A stretch of 63,899 bases of DNA, the filler included, from Perkinsus chesapeaki ATCC PRA-425 (lineage: Eukaryota > Protista > Perkinsozoa): NCBI GenBank assembly GCA_013115145.1. It is 10 parts of 10 records of this genome, joined end to end, with 100 filler letters (N's around TTAATTAATTAA, not from the genome) between each part and the next. Parts side by side here need not be neighbours in the genome. Positions count along the whole stretch, not along the records: positions 1 to 22,653 come from JAAPAO010000574.1; 9 more parts are not named here. One strand, written 5' to 3'. Position numbers and translations under genes: made by a program. Positions 1-12,900 of this stretch are shown piece after piece; positions within the stretch are counted from its first letter, which is position 1, and every line of letters begins with the position of its first letter. The notes under the pieces are model-generated. The model saw only the letters and a list, made by a program, of their open reading frames with translations. It was not told the DNA's origin and searched no databases.

Positions 1-434
1 TGGCTCCGGGGGTGCCATTACGCAATGAAAACTGCTATGACTCCTAGGGCATAACGAGCATTACATCAATGCGATTGCTCAGTAACAGATTTTCGCGCGC
101 TCTAAATCTAGTGACAGGGTCTGGTTACCCACTTCCATTTAGTGACATTTCCATGGAATTTTAGTGACAGCGTCTGGCGATGCCCCCTTCTGGCACAACA
201 TGAGATTTTGTACTTTCACTAGCCTCGGCTGGACTTGCTTAATGAAGCATTGAGAATGGATCCGTTGATCACATGTCGCCCCGGATACTGTACGCGGAAT
301 GGCTAAACCGGATCAACTTGGGCTGGTGCACCGTACTGCCTACGAATCGCCTCAACAAGGGGATTGTAAGGGAACTTTTCTTTACAGTTCGAGTATCGAG
401 ATATCTTATTTTAGTATTTGTTAATCAACACTGT

Positions 435-1541
435 ATGGCGCCGATGCGTAAAGAGCTGTCAGTGGTGGTCCCGACCTATAACGAGGTTGAGAACATTCGT
501 CCTTTATGTGAGAGACTATTCAAGGCCTGCCGTGAGGCTGGTCTAACAATAGAGCTCCTGCTTATGGATGATGAAAGTACTGGATCAGAGGAGACAAGGA
601 AGATTGTTAACGTTCTATCTAATGAGGGTTATGCTATTAGAATGCATTGCCGTAAGGCCGAGGAGGTAATATTCAGGGCATGATCATAGGAAGGAGCGGT
701 ATGTGTATTTAGGGCCGTGGTCTTTCCTCTGCTGTCCTACTTGGCTTTGATATGGCCAAGTACGACACTATGTTATGTATGGACGCAGACCTTCAGCATG
801 AGCCTGAGTCTGTGCCCGCCGTTGCCGATCCTGTCCTTAGAGGCGAGGCTGAGTTCACTGTTGGATCTAGGTAGGTTCTTACCCTTCATCTTTGTATGGG
901 AACACGCCCCCCTCAGGTATTGCCGTGACGGTGGTATTGGCTTCCATTGGTCCCTTCTAAGACGAATAATTTCCGAGGGTGCCACCTTTCTAGCTATTGG
1001 AGTCTCAAAATCGAGCGATCCCATGTCTGGCTTTTTCTGCACCACCAAGGAGGTTTTCAACCGCGGCAAGAATAAGTAGTAGATGGGAGAAGCAGCTAAC
1101 GAGGTTGTTGCCGACGGGGAACTATATCAGGTGCAACCCAATCGGCTTTAAGATCGGTTTGGAGCTGATGGTCCGTTGCAAAGCCAATCCTGTGGTGGAT
1201 GTGCCTATTACATTCCAAAACAGAGTAGCTGGAGAATCTAAACTCACTATGAAGCAGAATGTAAGCTCATAACTATTCGTGCTATGGTAGTGGTCATGCA
1301 TTAATCGTGGTAAATGACGTATAAGGGAGATTCGGTTCTCCTATGGCGTGTAAACTCCCCGTGGTGGCTATCGAATGGAGACCGGGTCCTTGGTGTTGAT
1401 TAACTAGTGTTGTTTGATCAGGTTCAATATGTGGAGCAGTTGGCTAGTCTATACTTTGAGAAGTATTTCTTATTCATTCTTATACTGCCCCTACTCGTTA
1501 TATTCACATTAGCCTACTTGAAGGGGTCCATTCAGTGGTAG
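435..1541 (+). CDS. DPM1: Dolichol-phosphate mannosyltransferase (GT2) with C-terminal hydrophobic anchor, multi-exon
   Basis: Spliced peptides SVVVPTYNEVENI, LLMDDES, GRGLSSAVLLGF, CMDADLQHEPE, SDPMSGFF, PIGFKIGLEL, VPITFQNRVAGESKL; C-terminal LFILILPLLVIFTLAYL then TAG 1539-1541. GT-AG introns, e.g. ~667-712. Confidence 0.95.
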
Positions 1542-1649
1542 ACAATGCTAACCCAATAACAAGAGCAGCAACAACAACAAGAAGAAGTCTCCCGTCCTAG
1601 TAACATCGCCGGTTTTTATTCACCACCATCTACCTGCGTTGTCAAGTGC

Positions 1650-4600
1650 ATGTCAATTACGTTGGGCATCTGTTTTGAACTTTACATGACCAGTGGTGGC
1701 GCCTCTAAGGAACGGCTGGACGAGGTTAAATGCAAAATAAAGGAGGTACTGCCAAGGGGGTGCGGATTGGTTCTCCAGTCCGACCTTCAGGAATCTTCCG
1801 AGATAGAATGGCGCAGAAAGCTTCGGGACCGCCTTAGAGAGGCAAGGAAGGGCGTGGACGGTGTAGAGGTTACCAAGCAGGCCCTCAGCTCGCGGGATAA
1901 AAGTATGCGACAAAGTGGGACTTGCGGCATATGTGGGGAATTTAGGCATCGCCAAGATTTCAAAGCTGCTGAATCGCCTTCGTCGGCTTTCGGGAGAGTC
2001 ATCGTCTGATGGGACAGTATCAGAGATGAAAAAGTTGAACTGCACTATGTAGTAGTATCCTGGGCGATTGATGTCTGATAGTACAGTGGTGGGGCAGGTA
2101 CTCTAGTGAGCTAGCATCTGCCCTATCGGATGGTACGTCGTCTATGAAGGTTAAGGATGTTCATAAGACGGTAAGAGAATAAGATTCTTGCGAGGTTGTT
2201 TGGGTTGCTGAGTCCACTTTGTGTTTATTTGGAATTCTTGAAGTGTGATTCTATACATGAGCTAACGAGAGTTTTGTGTGGCAGGTGGAAGTGATAACTG
2301 AGCTGGTCTGTACATATGGCGTTGACATGGGACGTCACATTATGGCTGAGTTTGTCAAGCAGTTTGAGGCGTCTATTGGAGAGCTTTCGAGAAGGAGAGT
2401 TCTTTCGCGGATAGTTACGGAGATGGTAATGAACGTTGGGAAGGTTCGCCTCTGATTCGGCAACTGTATGGTGTCGTCAGGTTCTCATTGAGTGCACCGG
2501 AGAGGATAGGATGGAAGCAGAGGATATGTTATTGACTGTTGTTAAAGGGATGCTAGTGGGCTCTAGGGGACAGTCTACTCAAACACAAGTCCTATTACAG
2601 GACGCGACAGCATTACATAGTTGGCTTAATAAGTAATAGTGATAAAGGGGGACTGCTGATGAGGTGGATGCTGAGGAAGAATGCGAAAGATGCCTCCGGG
2701 TTGCAACAATCTTTAAGAATGCTCCGAAAAGCTGTATAAGTGTCCGTTTAACCCGTCCCCGATCATTTTCCGAAGTGCTTGTCCAAAGAAATGGAGTAGT
2801 GTCATAAATTCGTACTTCAGGTATCACCTTTGTGCGTTGAACTTTCCCGGTGAGGCACACAAGGCGTTATTGAAGGAGGCGGGCCTGAAAGATCCAGACT
2901 ACTCGGAATACCAATTGAGCTCTTCCACAAGTAGAGCGTCCCTATCAGCGCTGTGTTTAATGGTTGCTACTGCGGTCATTAGGTGGGGCGATAGTGTCGG
3001 CTATTGGTAAATACTATACCAACTTCGCCGTGCCACAGTTGTATCCCGAGGCACATGATCAGATGGAAGCACAAGAGCAGTTTAACACACGTTTGAGGGT
3101 GGATAAGGGAGTAGTGGATGCTGAGAATGCTAGCCGGTAGTGGTNNNNNNNNNNNNNNNNNNNNNNNNNNNNNNNNNNNNNNNNNNNNNNNNNNNNNNNN
3201 NNNNNNNNNNNNNNNNNNNNNNNNNNNNNNNNNNNNNNNGTGGTGGTATAGGGAGGCGGAGGGTGCTGAGAATGCTAGCCGGTAGTGGTGGTATAGGGAG
3301 GCGGAGGGTGCTGAGAATGCTAGCCGGTAGTGGTGGTATAGGGAGGCGGAGGGTGCTCCTCATGGTCTCGAGGGGACACAGGTGTTGGCTCGATGTAGAC
3401 TTACGGGAGCAAGTGTTGTTTGTGGGTGCATGGAAGAATAGTGCATACGTAAAGAGGAAGAAAGCAGATAACCGAGGAGCCTGTTACTCTGAGCACTTGG
3501 CAGCTATCATTGATAGTATGGAATACATTAGTCCTTAGCTCTGCTGTGTTAGTCCGATCATCAACGTCTGTGGGTTATAACGGCATCCGATAATACGCCT
3601 CACTTCTCTCAGCAGCCTGTAGTATCACTTATGGGGTAGGTACTCCTCCTTGGCTACAGCCTTTGAGAAGCTCTCTACCCAGCTTATGGCGATATCTGAG
3701 ATATTGGACCTGCCTCCACCAAAGTTACCTGGGGAAGGTACTCGCAAGAACTCATTGGACTTGTTAATGTCTATGTTGATTGTGCCAGAAAGTGAGGCTA
3801 AGACGAGGCTGGCAGGCCCGGCACCCGAAGCTGGCAAGAAGGAGGACGGTGGCATTAGCGAGCGGGAAAGGATGCTCCAGTTGCTCTGGTGAGATAGTCT
3901 CCGGGTGATGCTGCCATTGCAGAAGTCCTTTTCTAGGGTTGATGACTCTGAGAGATCCTTCTATGAGGACCTGTATGACTTGGAGGCCCGTCTGCCACCA
4001 GTGCTACTGCAGACTGCTCAAAAAGGAGATGGGGATGCTGAAGCGGCTAAGGGTACTATACGGATGTAGAAAAGATATTTTCAAGCTCGTAACGGCAGCC
4101 TCCTTTCCAAGCTGCCGCTTGTCCATCTCTGCTCTTGTGACTTGTTTTCTGTATAGGTGGATCGGTGGCTGCAAATGCTGCCTTTGATGTGTGGCTGGAT
4201 AGCCTTAAGGCTTGTGAAAGAAGGGATACAGCAGATGAGCTAAGTCAGAAGTGGTTTGAAGAGGGCCTCAACACCAAACAGAATCGAAGGAAGCTGGCAA
4301 GGTTTATACTAAATCCTAGAGATAAGGTAAATGCCGCAGCCCGGGATCGAACCTGAGCCCTACCCTCCTTAGGCACGGGGAACAGTTCCTCCTGAATGGC
4401 TCCGGGTGGTGGCTAATATCGCGCCATGGGGGAAGGATCTTGTGGAGTCGGTAGGTTTAGGGAGATGCAATTTTACGGAGGCTTGTTGAGGAGAGTCGAG
4501 TATTCCCACTTCTTATCTAGCTCTAGAAGTGAAGACTTTGGAGTCGCTCTCTTAGTCTTGTTTGCTCAGCTCTCCTCGCAAGCCATGAGTAGGCTCGATG

Positions 4601-7600
4601 AGGCTTTGGCTAAGAATGAGACCGATAAAGTGGGGGAGCAGATGGTGTGCTTAAGGCTGCTAGCACAGATGTGCAAATTCAGGCTAGTGCCGCCAGGTAG
4701 AATGCGCGAGACGTGTAACGGCACAGCAATTTTGTTAGGAGCGGTTATGGACTTTTTCAAGCGGCTCATGGACGGAGGGCACCTAGCCAACGATCATTGG
4801 GCGGAGATGGCCAGTCAGCTGTGCCTTTCCTGCGGCAGGTATTCCCTATTAGGGAATATATACCTCTTCATCTGGTTCATGGTGCTCAGGTATTTGCTAT
4901 ATAAACCGGACACAGCGACACGTATGGATAACTTAGTAGAGCGGATGTGGAAGCTGAAGAACAGGTGACACTACTTTAGCAGTAGCGCTTGGAAAACACT
5001 GTTTTTCGCGTGTGCAAAATTTGGATTTTCCCTCAAGTTGGCGAGGAAAGGGGAATCCTTGAAGAGTCCCCTGCGGTTCGAACTGAATAGCCGCTAGACT
5101 GCCTTAATTCTAATGGCATTCTAGAGTGAACATATGGTGAGGAATCAGTGAGCAGGTTTCAGGAGTCAAGTGGGGAGGTCAAATAAATGCCCCATCTTGG
5201 GTCTTTTGTATCCCAGCGACATCCAAGGGTACATTCCTCCTCTTCCTCAGTGCCACTCAAGTTCTATCTGCCAGTGCTGACGTGTCTTTGGAAGATGCTT
5301 ACTATCACATGAAGCCTCGCAAGACAACGTTTGGTGTTAAAGGAGGGGACGAGGACCGGCCTATCATGGAAAGGTGAGCTAGCTTGGTAGCATAGCTCTT
5401 TCGAGCATTCCAGCAAGAACTAGTGTCTTCAGTATTTACAGTATCTACTCCTTATTATATGTACTCCATACTTTTTGCTTAATATCTTGGTCTAGAATCT
5501 ATCGGTCCATAGTGTCGCTTCGAAGCTTCCATTGTTAAGACGGAAAGATGCGACCTTATCTCAGGCTTATTCGGAAGCTTATATTCCAGGACATATACAT
5601 TGTGGATGAAGAGGAGGCGTTGAGGTTAGCTAGGAAACTGCCGTGGGAGCATCACATCATTGAGGAAGGTAAGGAGAAGGGGATGACGTCGGCCTGGTGA
5701 AGGTCTCGATTGTTTCCTGTTTTACTTTGATAAAGTTTAATCCTTGCGGATGTGTAAGACTGAACTATTCTACCAAATTTCGCCGAAATTGCCGCCATTG
5801 GGTCCTTTGCTGTATCTCTATTTTTTGTTGGTTATCTCAGATGGTAATATAAAGCTTGGTGAGAAGTGTAATGAAGAGGACAGTGAGACGTATAAATGGA
5901 TGAAGGAATGTATCCTCGATCTTAACGTCCATGCAAACTACGATTGCATGTAAGCAGCCTGTCTGTTATCCTTGTCTCCAACTTCCCTCAGGTATTGTCT
6001 GGCGTCACTTCTCTCGGGACTGGCCAGATTCCGGCCCCGGTTTGTTATTGAGGTGGTTGATGAGCTCATGGAGCAGGTGCGGTTTCCCAACTCCCGGAAA
6101 GTCCTTAGGAGCTAATGTCAGATACAAATTGGCTGCGAACGCGAAGATCCTAGAGATTCAGCAACCCGTGTGCGCCAGTTGAAACTTGTAGGGGAGCTAT
6201 ACATCTACTGCGTCCTCGACTCGGCCACCATCTTCGACCTTTTGTAGGACGGCGGCGGCTTCCTTGCCTATCTGGTTGATCTTAGTGTTCTTCTTTACAG
6301 GTACCATTTAATAGGCTTTGGTGGGGCCACGTCCTTCGCGGCCTCCACTGCCGACACAGCAGCTAGAGCCCTTGAGAAGTGTCAGATAGTAGGCCGAGGA
6401 AGGAGTGGCATGTCTAGTAGGTCTGTATCTTTTAATAGGCAACAGGCGGTCCTATGGGCGCTATAGCAGAAGAGGAGGAAGAGGAGGAAGAGATTGCTGA
6501 TGGAGAGGGTTCAGGTATGCGACGAGACAGGGGCGGGATAGGCACGGCGAAATGGAATAGCACTCGCAAGTTGCCTGCTTCGGAACTCAGTAAACATTTG
6601 GGTATTACGCGCACCGCTAATGGTGCTAGTGCTAATGATATGAGAATCCTTCAACTAGCCCCTACCTTGTCAGATTCTAGCAACCCTAAGGCTCTCCTAC
6701 TTCCCGAGGTTTACCGTGACCCGTCTAATATAGACGAGCCGCCTTATTCCTTCTTCCGAGCTACTTTGGTGTGCAATCTCCTTAATGCTTGTGGACCTTA
6801 CTTTTACAAGTCTAACAGGCTCAGGGAAAGGCTGGAAAGATTCATGCTGTTCTTCAGAGTGAGTTTACCATCTACTATGAGGAGCTCTATCTAGCTGCTG
6901 CTGTTTTAGAGATATCTTCTGGCGAGGTCGGTGGGAAATGGTATGGAGCTCCCTAGGAGAGTTGAGAATATGTACTTGGACACTCTTGATGCCATCAAGC
7001 CTGCATCATCATCACATAAGTCCCGGCGTGATAGGAAGCATAAACGGAAGGTAGGACGAGATTGAGATAGAAGATACGGTATGGTGTTGTAGGGCAAGGA
7101 AGAGGAAGAAGAGGAGGAGCCTTCTGTGTTGAACGGCAAGATCTCCTCCCTCGGTGATGTTGACAAGGTAGGGTCTACTGTAGGGTACATTGTGGTAAGC
7201 GGACATGCTCAGGAGCTGCATAAGCTGCTACAGACTGAGGGTGAGGCACTGCGGCAGGGTAAAAGAATAGATGACCAAAATAATGACGATGATGATGATG
7301 ATGAGGAGGAGGAGGACTATGAAGATGATAATGAAGATGTGAGCTTGTGTCTATCGAGGCTCGCTATTGCAGTAGCCTCAGGCATATGCATCTGGGTCAC
7401 AAGCGGATGGTATGGCTAGCGATAGCTTTGGTGATGAGGAAGATGATAGCGATGAAGATGCCAAGATCCGAGAGAAGGTGATCCCAGTTTTGCTCTTCCG
7501 TACTGCTTCATGAAGCTGGTCAGGAACTAATGGATGAAGAGTTCGATAGGAGTTTCAAGGAGATGCTCTCAGAATCAGTTGCTTATGGTCGTTCTCAGCG

Positions 7601-8740
7601 CCAACAGCAGGTAACATGGCGAAGCTCTAGGTTCGGTGAGGCTCTTCTTAGGGAGTCCTCCGAAGCCTGCAAGACGATCGATTGCGGCAAGCTCTCTCGA
7701 CAGTACGGGTGGCTGAGCTGGTAAGCATCGTCGGCATGTTCTCTGTGGGGCACGTGTTTCCACCTTAGTCGGCCAAGGCGAATTCTGAGTCACCGGCTAG
7801 CGAGATGAAGCCTGGCATGGTGAAGTTTGTATCAAGAACAAGCAAAAAGGGTGTCTCAACAGCGGGAAGTGAGACACTAAGGAAAAGTAGACGCTGGATG
7901 GTTCATCTTCAGGCGGGGTGATAGGACTGGCGGTACCGTCCACATCTAAGCTACTGCGTGGCCAAGCCGAGTATGAAGAGCATAGGCAGAAGAAGCAAAA
8001 GGAGAGGGCAACCATAAAGGAGCTTACCATCAAACATGTTGATGTGATGGATCAATCAGCATCACAGGAGGATTCGGTAAGGCTTGCTGAGTGAGGGGAG
8101 GCAGCTCCATCGGAGTGTTATATCATTAATATTGACGGACGTGAGTTCATGTCTTAGTGCTACTGGCTGCATGGGCAATATGAAGGGACTATTGTTGAAC
8201 TAGCCATGTATCATATTAGGTTATCGTCTAACGTCTTTACCTCAATTGCCACTAGAATGACTATTGCTCAGTTGCCACTAGATGTCTTCCTTGGTAACTT
8301 TCACGTTGGGCCTTCCGCGTCGAGGGTGTAGTTAGCACCACGGTGATGGCTTTTTTCAGCCAACTCCCCCGCCAGTCGGGTACACCTTCGAGCGCAGTAG
8401 GCGATCAAGAGGATCCTCACGAGCAACTAGACCAGGTCGACTAGATGACTTCATCGGTCAGGGGTATTTGCCAGAACCAGATAGAAGAGTAAGATACCCA
8501 CAGCGTCTCTTACCTAGATCCCTGCTTTCCTTTCAGCGCCCTGTGAGGCCCACGGCTCCGCCGTCGAGCTCTAGTTCTGGTGAGCCATATAGTGAATTAA
8601 AGTGAAGTACTTGCTTTATTATAGGTGGTAACTTCCCCATGCAGCCAGGCTCAAAGCGAACACTGGCCGAACAGCGAAATAGGCCCACCGGCCGAGGCGG
8701 CGGCGGTGGCAGCAGCAGGTTTGGGGGCAACCGATATTAG
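1650..8740 (+). CDS. UPF2: Nonsense-mediated decay factor UPF2 (MIF4G domains), many exons; start and last exons approximate
   Basis: Exon peptides DAYYHMKP, LARKLPWE, CLASLLSGL...EVVDELMEQ, RVRQLKLVGELYIY, DEPPYSFFRATLVCNLLNACGPYF..RLERFMLFFR, acidic tract, DEEFDRSFKEMLSES and LAVPSTSKLL...IKELT match UPF2 order. A probable Gly/Arg-rich tail ends RFGGNRY* at 8738-8740. Confidence 0.9.
3117..3357. repeat. 45-bp tandem repeat inside UPF2 (probably intronic), spans an N gap
   Basis: Unit gggtgctgagaatgctagccggtagtggtggtatagggaggcgga starts at 3261, 3306 and 3351 (partial); the same sequence lies before the gap at 3117-3144. Confidence 0.93.
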
Positions 8741-8821
8741 TTGTTTCTTTTCCATTGCTGGTTGGGTTGTGTAAATCACTGATAGCTTCTGGCATATACT
8801 GGCGCATCCGGCTTGACCGTA

Positions 8822-9803
8822 ATGAGCTGTGGTTTCGGTCTCGACCCCTCGGCATTTTCGGGCATCTTCTCTCCACTCAACCACCATCTCCCTTCCAGTT
8901 TTGCCGCTGCTGGAGATCAGGGTAGACACTCTACTGGCTGTGGTAGAGAAATGTGCCTCAGGCGTAGCTACCGATCCATCGCTTCTCGAAAGCAAACTGT
9001 GCTTCCCAGCGGATGAAACCGTTATAGTTGAGGGCCGAGGTAAGGTCCTTGCTGTGATAGGAAGTCATCGAGGAGTGCTGATCGTCTACGGGTATTGTTA
9101 ACTCTTACAGTGGAGTGCGAGCGTGTTGAGCGTATCTTAACTCCAAGCTAGTCGAAGAAGTCGTATTAGAATCTTCTTCTGGACACTCTCCATCATCTCA
9201 CCACCATTATCGTCAGGTAGCGTGAAGATCTGTGAGGTGCATATTGGGGACAAGGTTGCCACTGTCAATGATGTCGATGGCACCTTATTATACTCTACTG
9301 TTACAACCTGGCTTCATCGGGACGAGGGCTATGTATGGACCGAGGGTGAGGCCATCGAGCTGGTGGTGTCCACATCACCGTCTAAGCTGCGCCTCCGTCT
9401 CTCCTCTGATCACCTCGTTTTTGTTGACGGTCGAGAGGCAGTTGCCGCCGTCGACGTCACTGTTGGGGACAAATTGAGAGTCCTCGGGGAGAGTTGTGTT
9501 TTAGCGGCTGAGGTTGAAAGTGTAGAGCCCTCCCTTGCCGGCTGGAAAGGCCTCTACGCTCCCATGACTGAGGCAGGCACCGTGCTAGTGTCGGGCATAC
9601 TTTGCAGCTGTTACGCTCCGCCGAGGCCTCTAGTAAAGAAGATCCATCGTACCTGCGGGCCTATAGATGTCCACGCCCATTGCCACTCTATAGCTAGACC
9701 AGTGAACTGGATACCTGCCGCAATGAGGCCAGCTAACATGAGCCAAACTGCCTGGACTGAGGGCCTCTACTCAGCCATCCGAGGCCTAGTCGTGTGGCTA
9801 TGA
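8822..9803 (+). CDS. Hog protein 1: ~46-aa N-terminal peptide plus Hedgehog-type Hint and sterol-recognition-like region
   Basis: Introns 8922-8961 and 9040-9216 join MSCGFG...LLESKL|CFPADETVIVEGRGSVKICEVHIGDKV...TWLHRD...LSSDHLVF...GLYAPMTEAGTVLVSGILCSCYA...TAWTEGLY. Cys1 codon 9000-9002. Confidence 0.92.
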
Positions 9804-9983
9804 AATACGTAGACGATGGTTAGTTAGGCGAGTAAGATTGATGTTGATTGCAGTAGTGCATGCATCCTGTTGTATATTTCATGAAACGGCCCTTGGTATT
9901 GTTGTTATGGGCGACATTATAGTTTTCTCTCTAGTGTGCATCAGAAAGATTCCCCGGCAGCTCATCAGTTTTTAAGGTATGGA

Positions 9984-12900
9984 ATGCCGACCTTCACTCC
10001 TAGCGTAGGTTGGTTCACCAGCGCGGAGCCAGCTCCGCGAGAGGCAGAGGCCGTCGCGCCGGCCAGGCCAGTGGTGGTTGGGCACATCTCACCACCGGTG
10101 TCTCGGAGATCTCGCTCCAGAGGGTACGCTGCCGTAGAGTTGCCCTCATCTTAGTTGTGGAGTTTAGGCCCATCTCATTGGCATCTCGTAAGCCTCTTCC
10201 TCGCCAACAGCCCAGACCTCAGGAAGATAAACAGCAGCCAGCAATGGTAGAAGCCATTCCCACAAAGGAGCTGTCAGCTACTAGGACATATTCTACCAAA
10301 GCATCACCGCCTAAGCAAAAGATTGAGAATGAGGCGCGCAATCGAGCTCAAGCAGCCGCGAACAGGTTAGCTGTGCTGGGGAGGTAGATGGTAGATTGGC
10401 GCCGACAGGTCTGGTGCCGACAACTTACAGGTAGAGAAGGACATGTCGGCTGCAGTTGAGAGATCTTATAATCAGCCTTCAGTGACAGTAAGGGGATATA
10501 GGCTCTGGGGTTCCCCTCAACGGTGTGTCAATCAGGTGGTGAAAAAGCCAGTAAAACGCAAGCGGCAGTCGGGCGGAAGGGGGGTCTCTGGGCCTCCCAA
10601 AGCACGCATGCGTACCACCAAGGCACCTAGAAAGGCTGTGGATGAGAATGATATTGCAGCGAAGCCGGCTGAGGGGACAGCCGCGGCGGTAGCGGCACCG
10701 ACGCCTTCGAGTGAGGGTGGCAGGCTGGTATCAAACAATTTCGTCTACCAAAACCTGAAACATAAGGGACACTCCAAGAGCAACAAACACGTCGAGAAGA
10801 TGAAGCGGAAGATAGGTGGGAACGAAACTTATACGCGCATTCGGTTAATGGGGCCACTTAGGAATGGACAGTAAGGGGAGAATGAAGCACGGTGGCAGTG
10901 CGAAAGGTGCCATATTGAATGGCGGTAAGGCTGCACTGAGGCGTCGAGGAGGGCAACGTATTGGAGGATACACCAAAGCTCAGAGGGTAAACGACACAAC
11001 ACCGGTACGCATTAGTTTGCTTCATATTAGGCGCGGTTACGCCGCATTGAACTAGCACAGGAGATGTTGAAGTCCAGGCAATTAGCTGATCAAAAGCTAA
11101 GCCGTGGAAGCACGGAAGACCGTAACCTTCCTAGCACCGTGTTACAGGAGACGTTGGTGTGATAGGGATGGAGGATCTCGAGGAAAGAGGATCTGGGGAA
11201 GCTAGAAATACAGTATTCTCCGAAAGCGTTGATGTGGCGAAGTTGGATATTATGATGGAAGAACGATTGAAGAAAAAGGAAGGTAAACCTATCAACCGAC
11301 TTGGAGTAGATTATCAAACCAGCTGGAGAGGCAGAATGCGGCCAGCCTGTAGCGGGGAGTGTTCGAACCGTTGAAGCTGTGGAGTTACCGACTGTACCGA
11401 CCAGTGAGGAGCTGGATAAGATGCTTCGAGAGGAGTTTGGTCATCGTGATGGATTCCGTCCAGGTCAGAAGGAGGCCATCCAGGCCCTTTTGGGGTAGAC
11501 TGTGTCCCGTCTTCTACTGTACATCTTCCTGTTTTTCTTCAGTGGATCATCCTGTCTGGTCATACTGCCGACTGGTCAGGGCAAGTCGTTGATCTATCAG
11601 ATAATAGCGAGGATTTACAGGTAGCTGCGGACTGGCGCAGACGAATGCCGTCCACTCTACTCCGCACACAGGAAGCAGCTTGGTCTCCGTGGTGGAGTGA
11701 CGGTCGTGGTCTCGCCCCTCATATCCCTGATGGCTGATCAGCTCCGGCAGTTACCAAGGTAAGTCAATCGGGTCTCCTGTGATCCTATCTTGGTATCAGC
11801 TGCGTTCGTGGTGCAACCATTAACTCTACGATGACACCATACGAGATGGATGCAGTACTTCTTGGAGCCGCTGAAGGTGAAATAGACTTGCTCTTGGTAA
11901 CCTAACCCGCTGGCTTCCTTCCAATATTCTTCATCCAGGTGGCACCGGAGCGTCTTCTGATGTGGTCCTTCCAAAATGCGCTGCCATTAGTCAACTTAGT
12001 CGCCATCGATGAGGCCCATTGCATCTCCGAATGGAGCCATAGCTTCAGGCCAGCATATCAGAGGATCACTGGTGACCATCCACAGCCCACTTCCCTTTTA
12101 TAACGATGTTTGCTAGGTGTTATAAGACGGCAGCTTCGCCCCGCCCATCTCCTGGCGCTCACGGCTACTGCTACATCGCGCACTATCTCCAGTATTGTAC
12201 ACATTCTGGGGGGTATCGACGTCACTGTACGAGCTGATGGAGTTGTTGAGGAGAGACTTGACGATGATACCATGGACCAGGAGGAAAGCTCCTCCATGGT
12301 GTTGAGGAAGAACCTCCGGCTGTCCGGCTCGGTGACACTTAACCCTCTGCAGAGCCTTCTAGAACTACTCCATACGTAGGCAACACTCAGCGCTTGCTTT
12401 CCATCTGTCGCTGTTATCAGGTCAGAGTATCGTCCGTTATCTTCTATTATAGTGTACGTGGCATATCAGTGGCAAACTGAACAGGTGACCTTCCGCCTGT
12501 ATGACTGTTACTTGCACTTCTCGTCAGGTCGCACGGTTGCTGTGCCAAAGAGGAGTTCGAGCTGGCGCCTATCATGGAGGCATGTCGAGTATAGAAAGGA
12601 ATGAAGTCCAAGAGGCTTTCATACGAGGAGCTGGAGCAGCAGGCGGTGGCATCCAAGTCATCGTGGCTACAGTGGCCTTTGGAATGGGTAACCTTTGCTA
12701 CACCTTTGCCGTCTGTCATCCCATATCAGGTATCGATAAGTCCGATGTGCGTGCTGTTATCCATATGGCATTGCCTCGCTCTTTGGAGAATTATGTACAG
12801 GAGACGGGGCGTTGTTGCCGAGATGGATTTGAGTTTGGTAGACCTCCCTCACGGTGCTTTCCTCATCTCTTCCTACGTAGGTCTCTGTCATGTGTTAATA

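Noticed and set aside
8346-8740. Exons upstream of Hog 1 as its N-terminal domain
   Set aside because: They splice into a frame that stops at 8738-8740 and read better as the UPF2 C-terminus; no phase-compatible join to the Hint exons was found.
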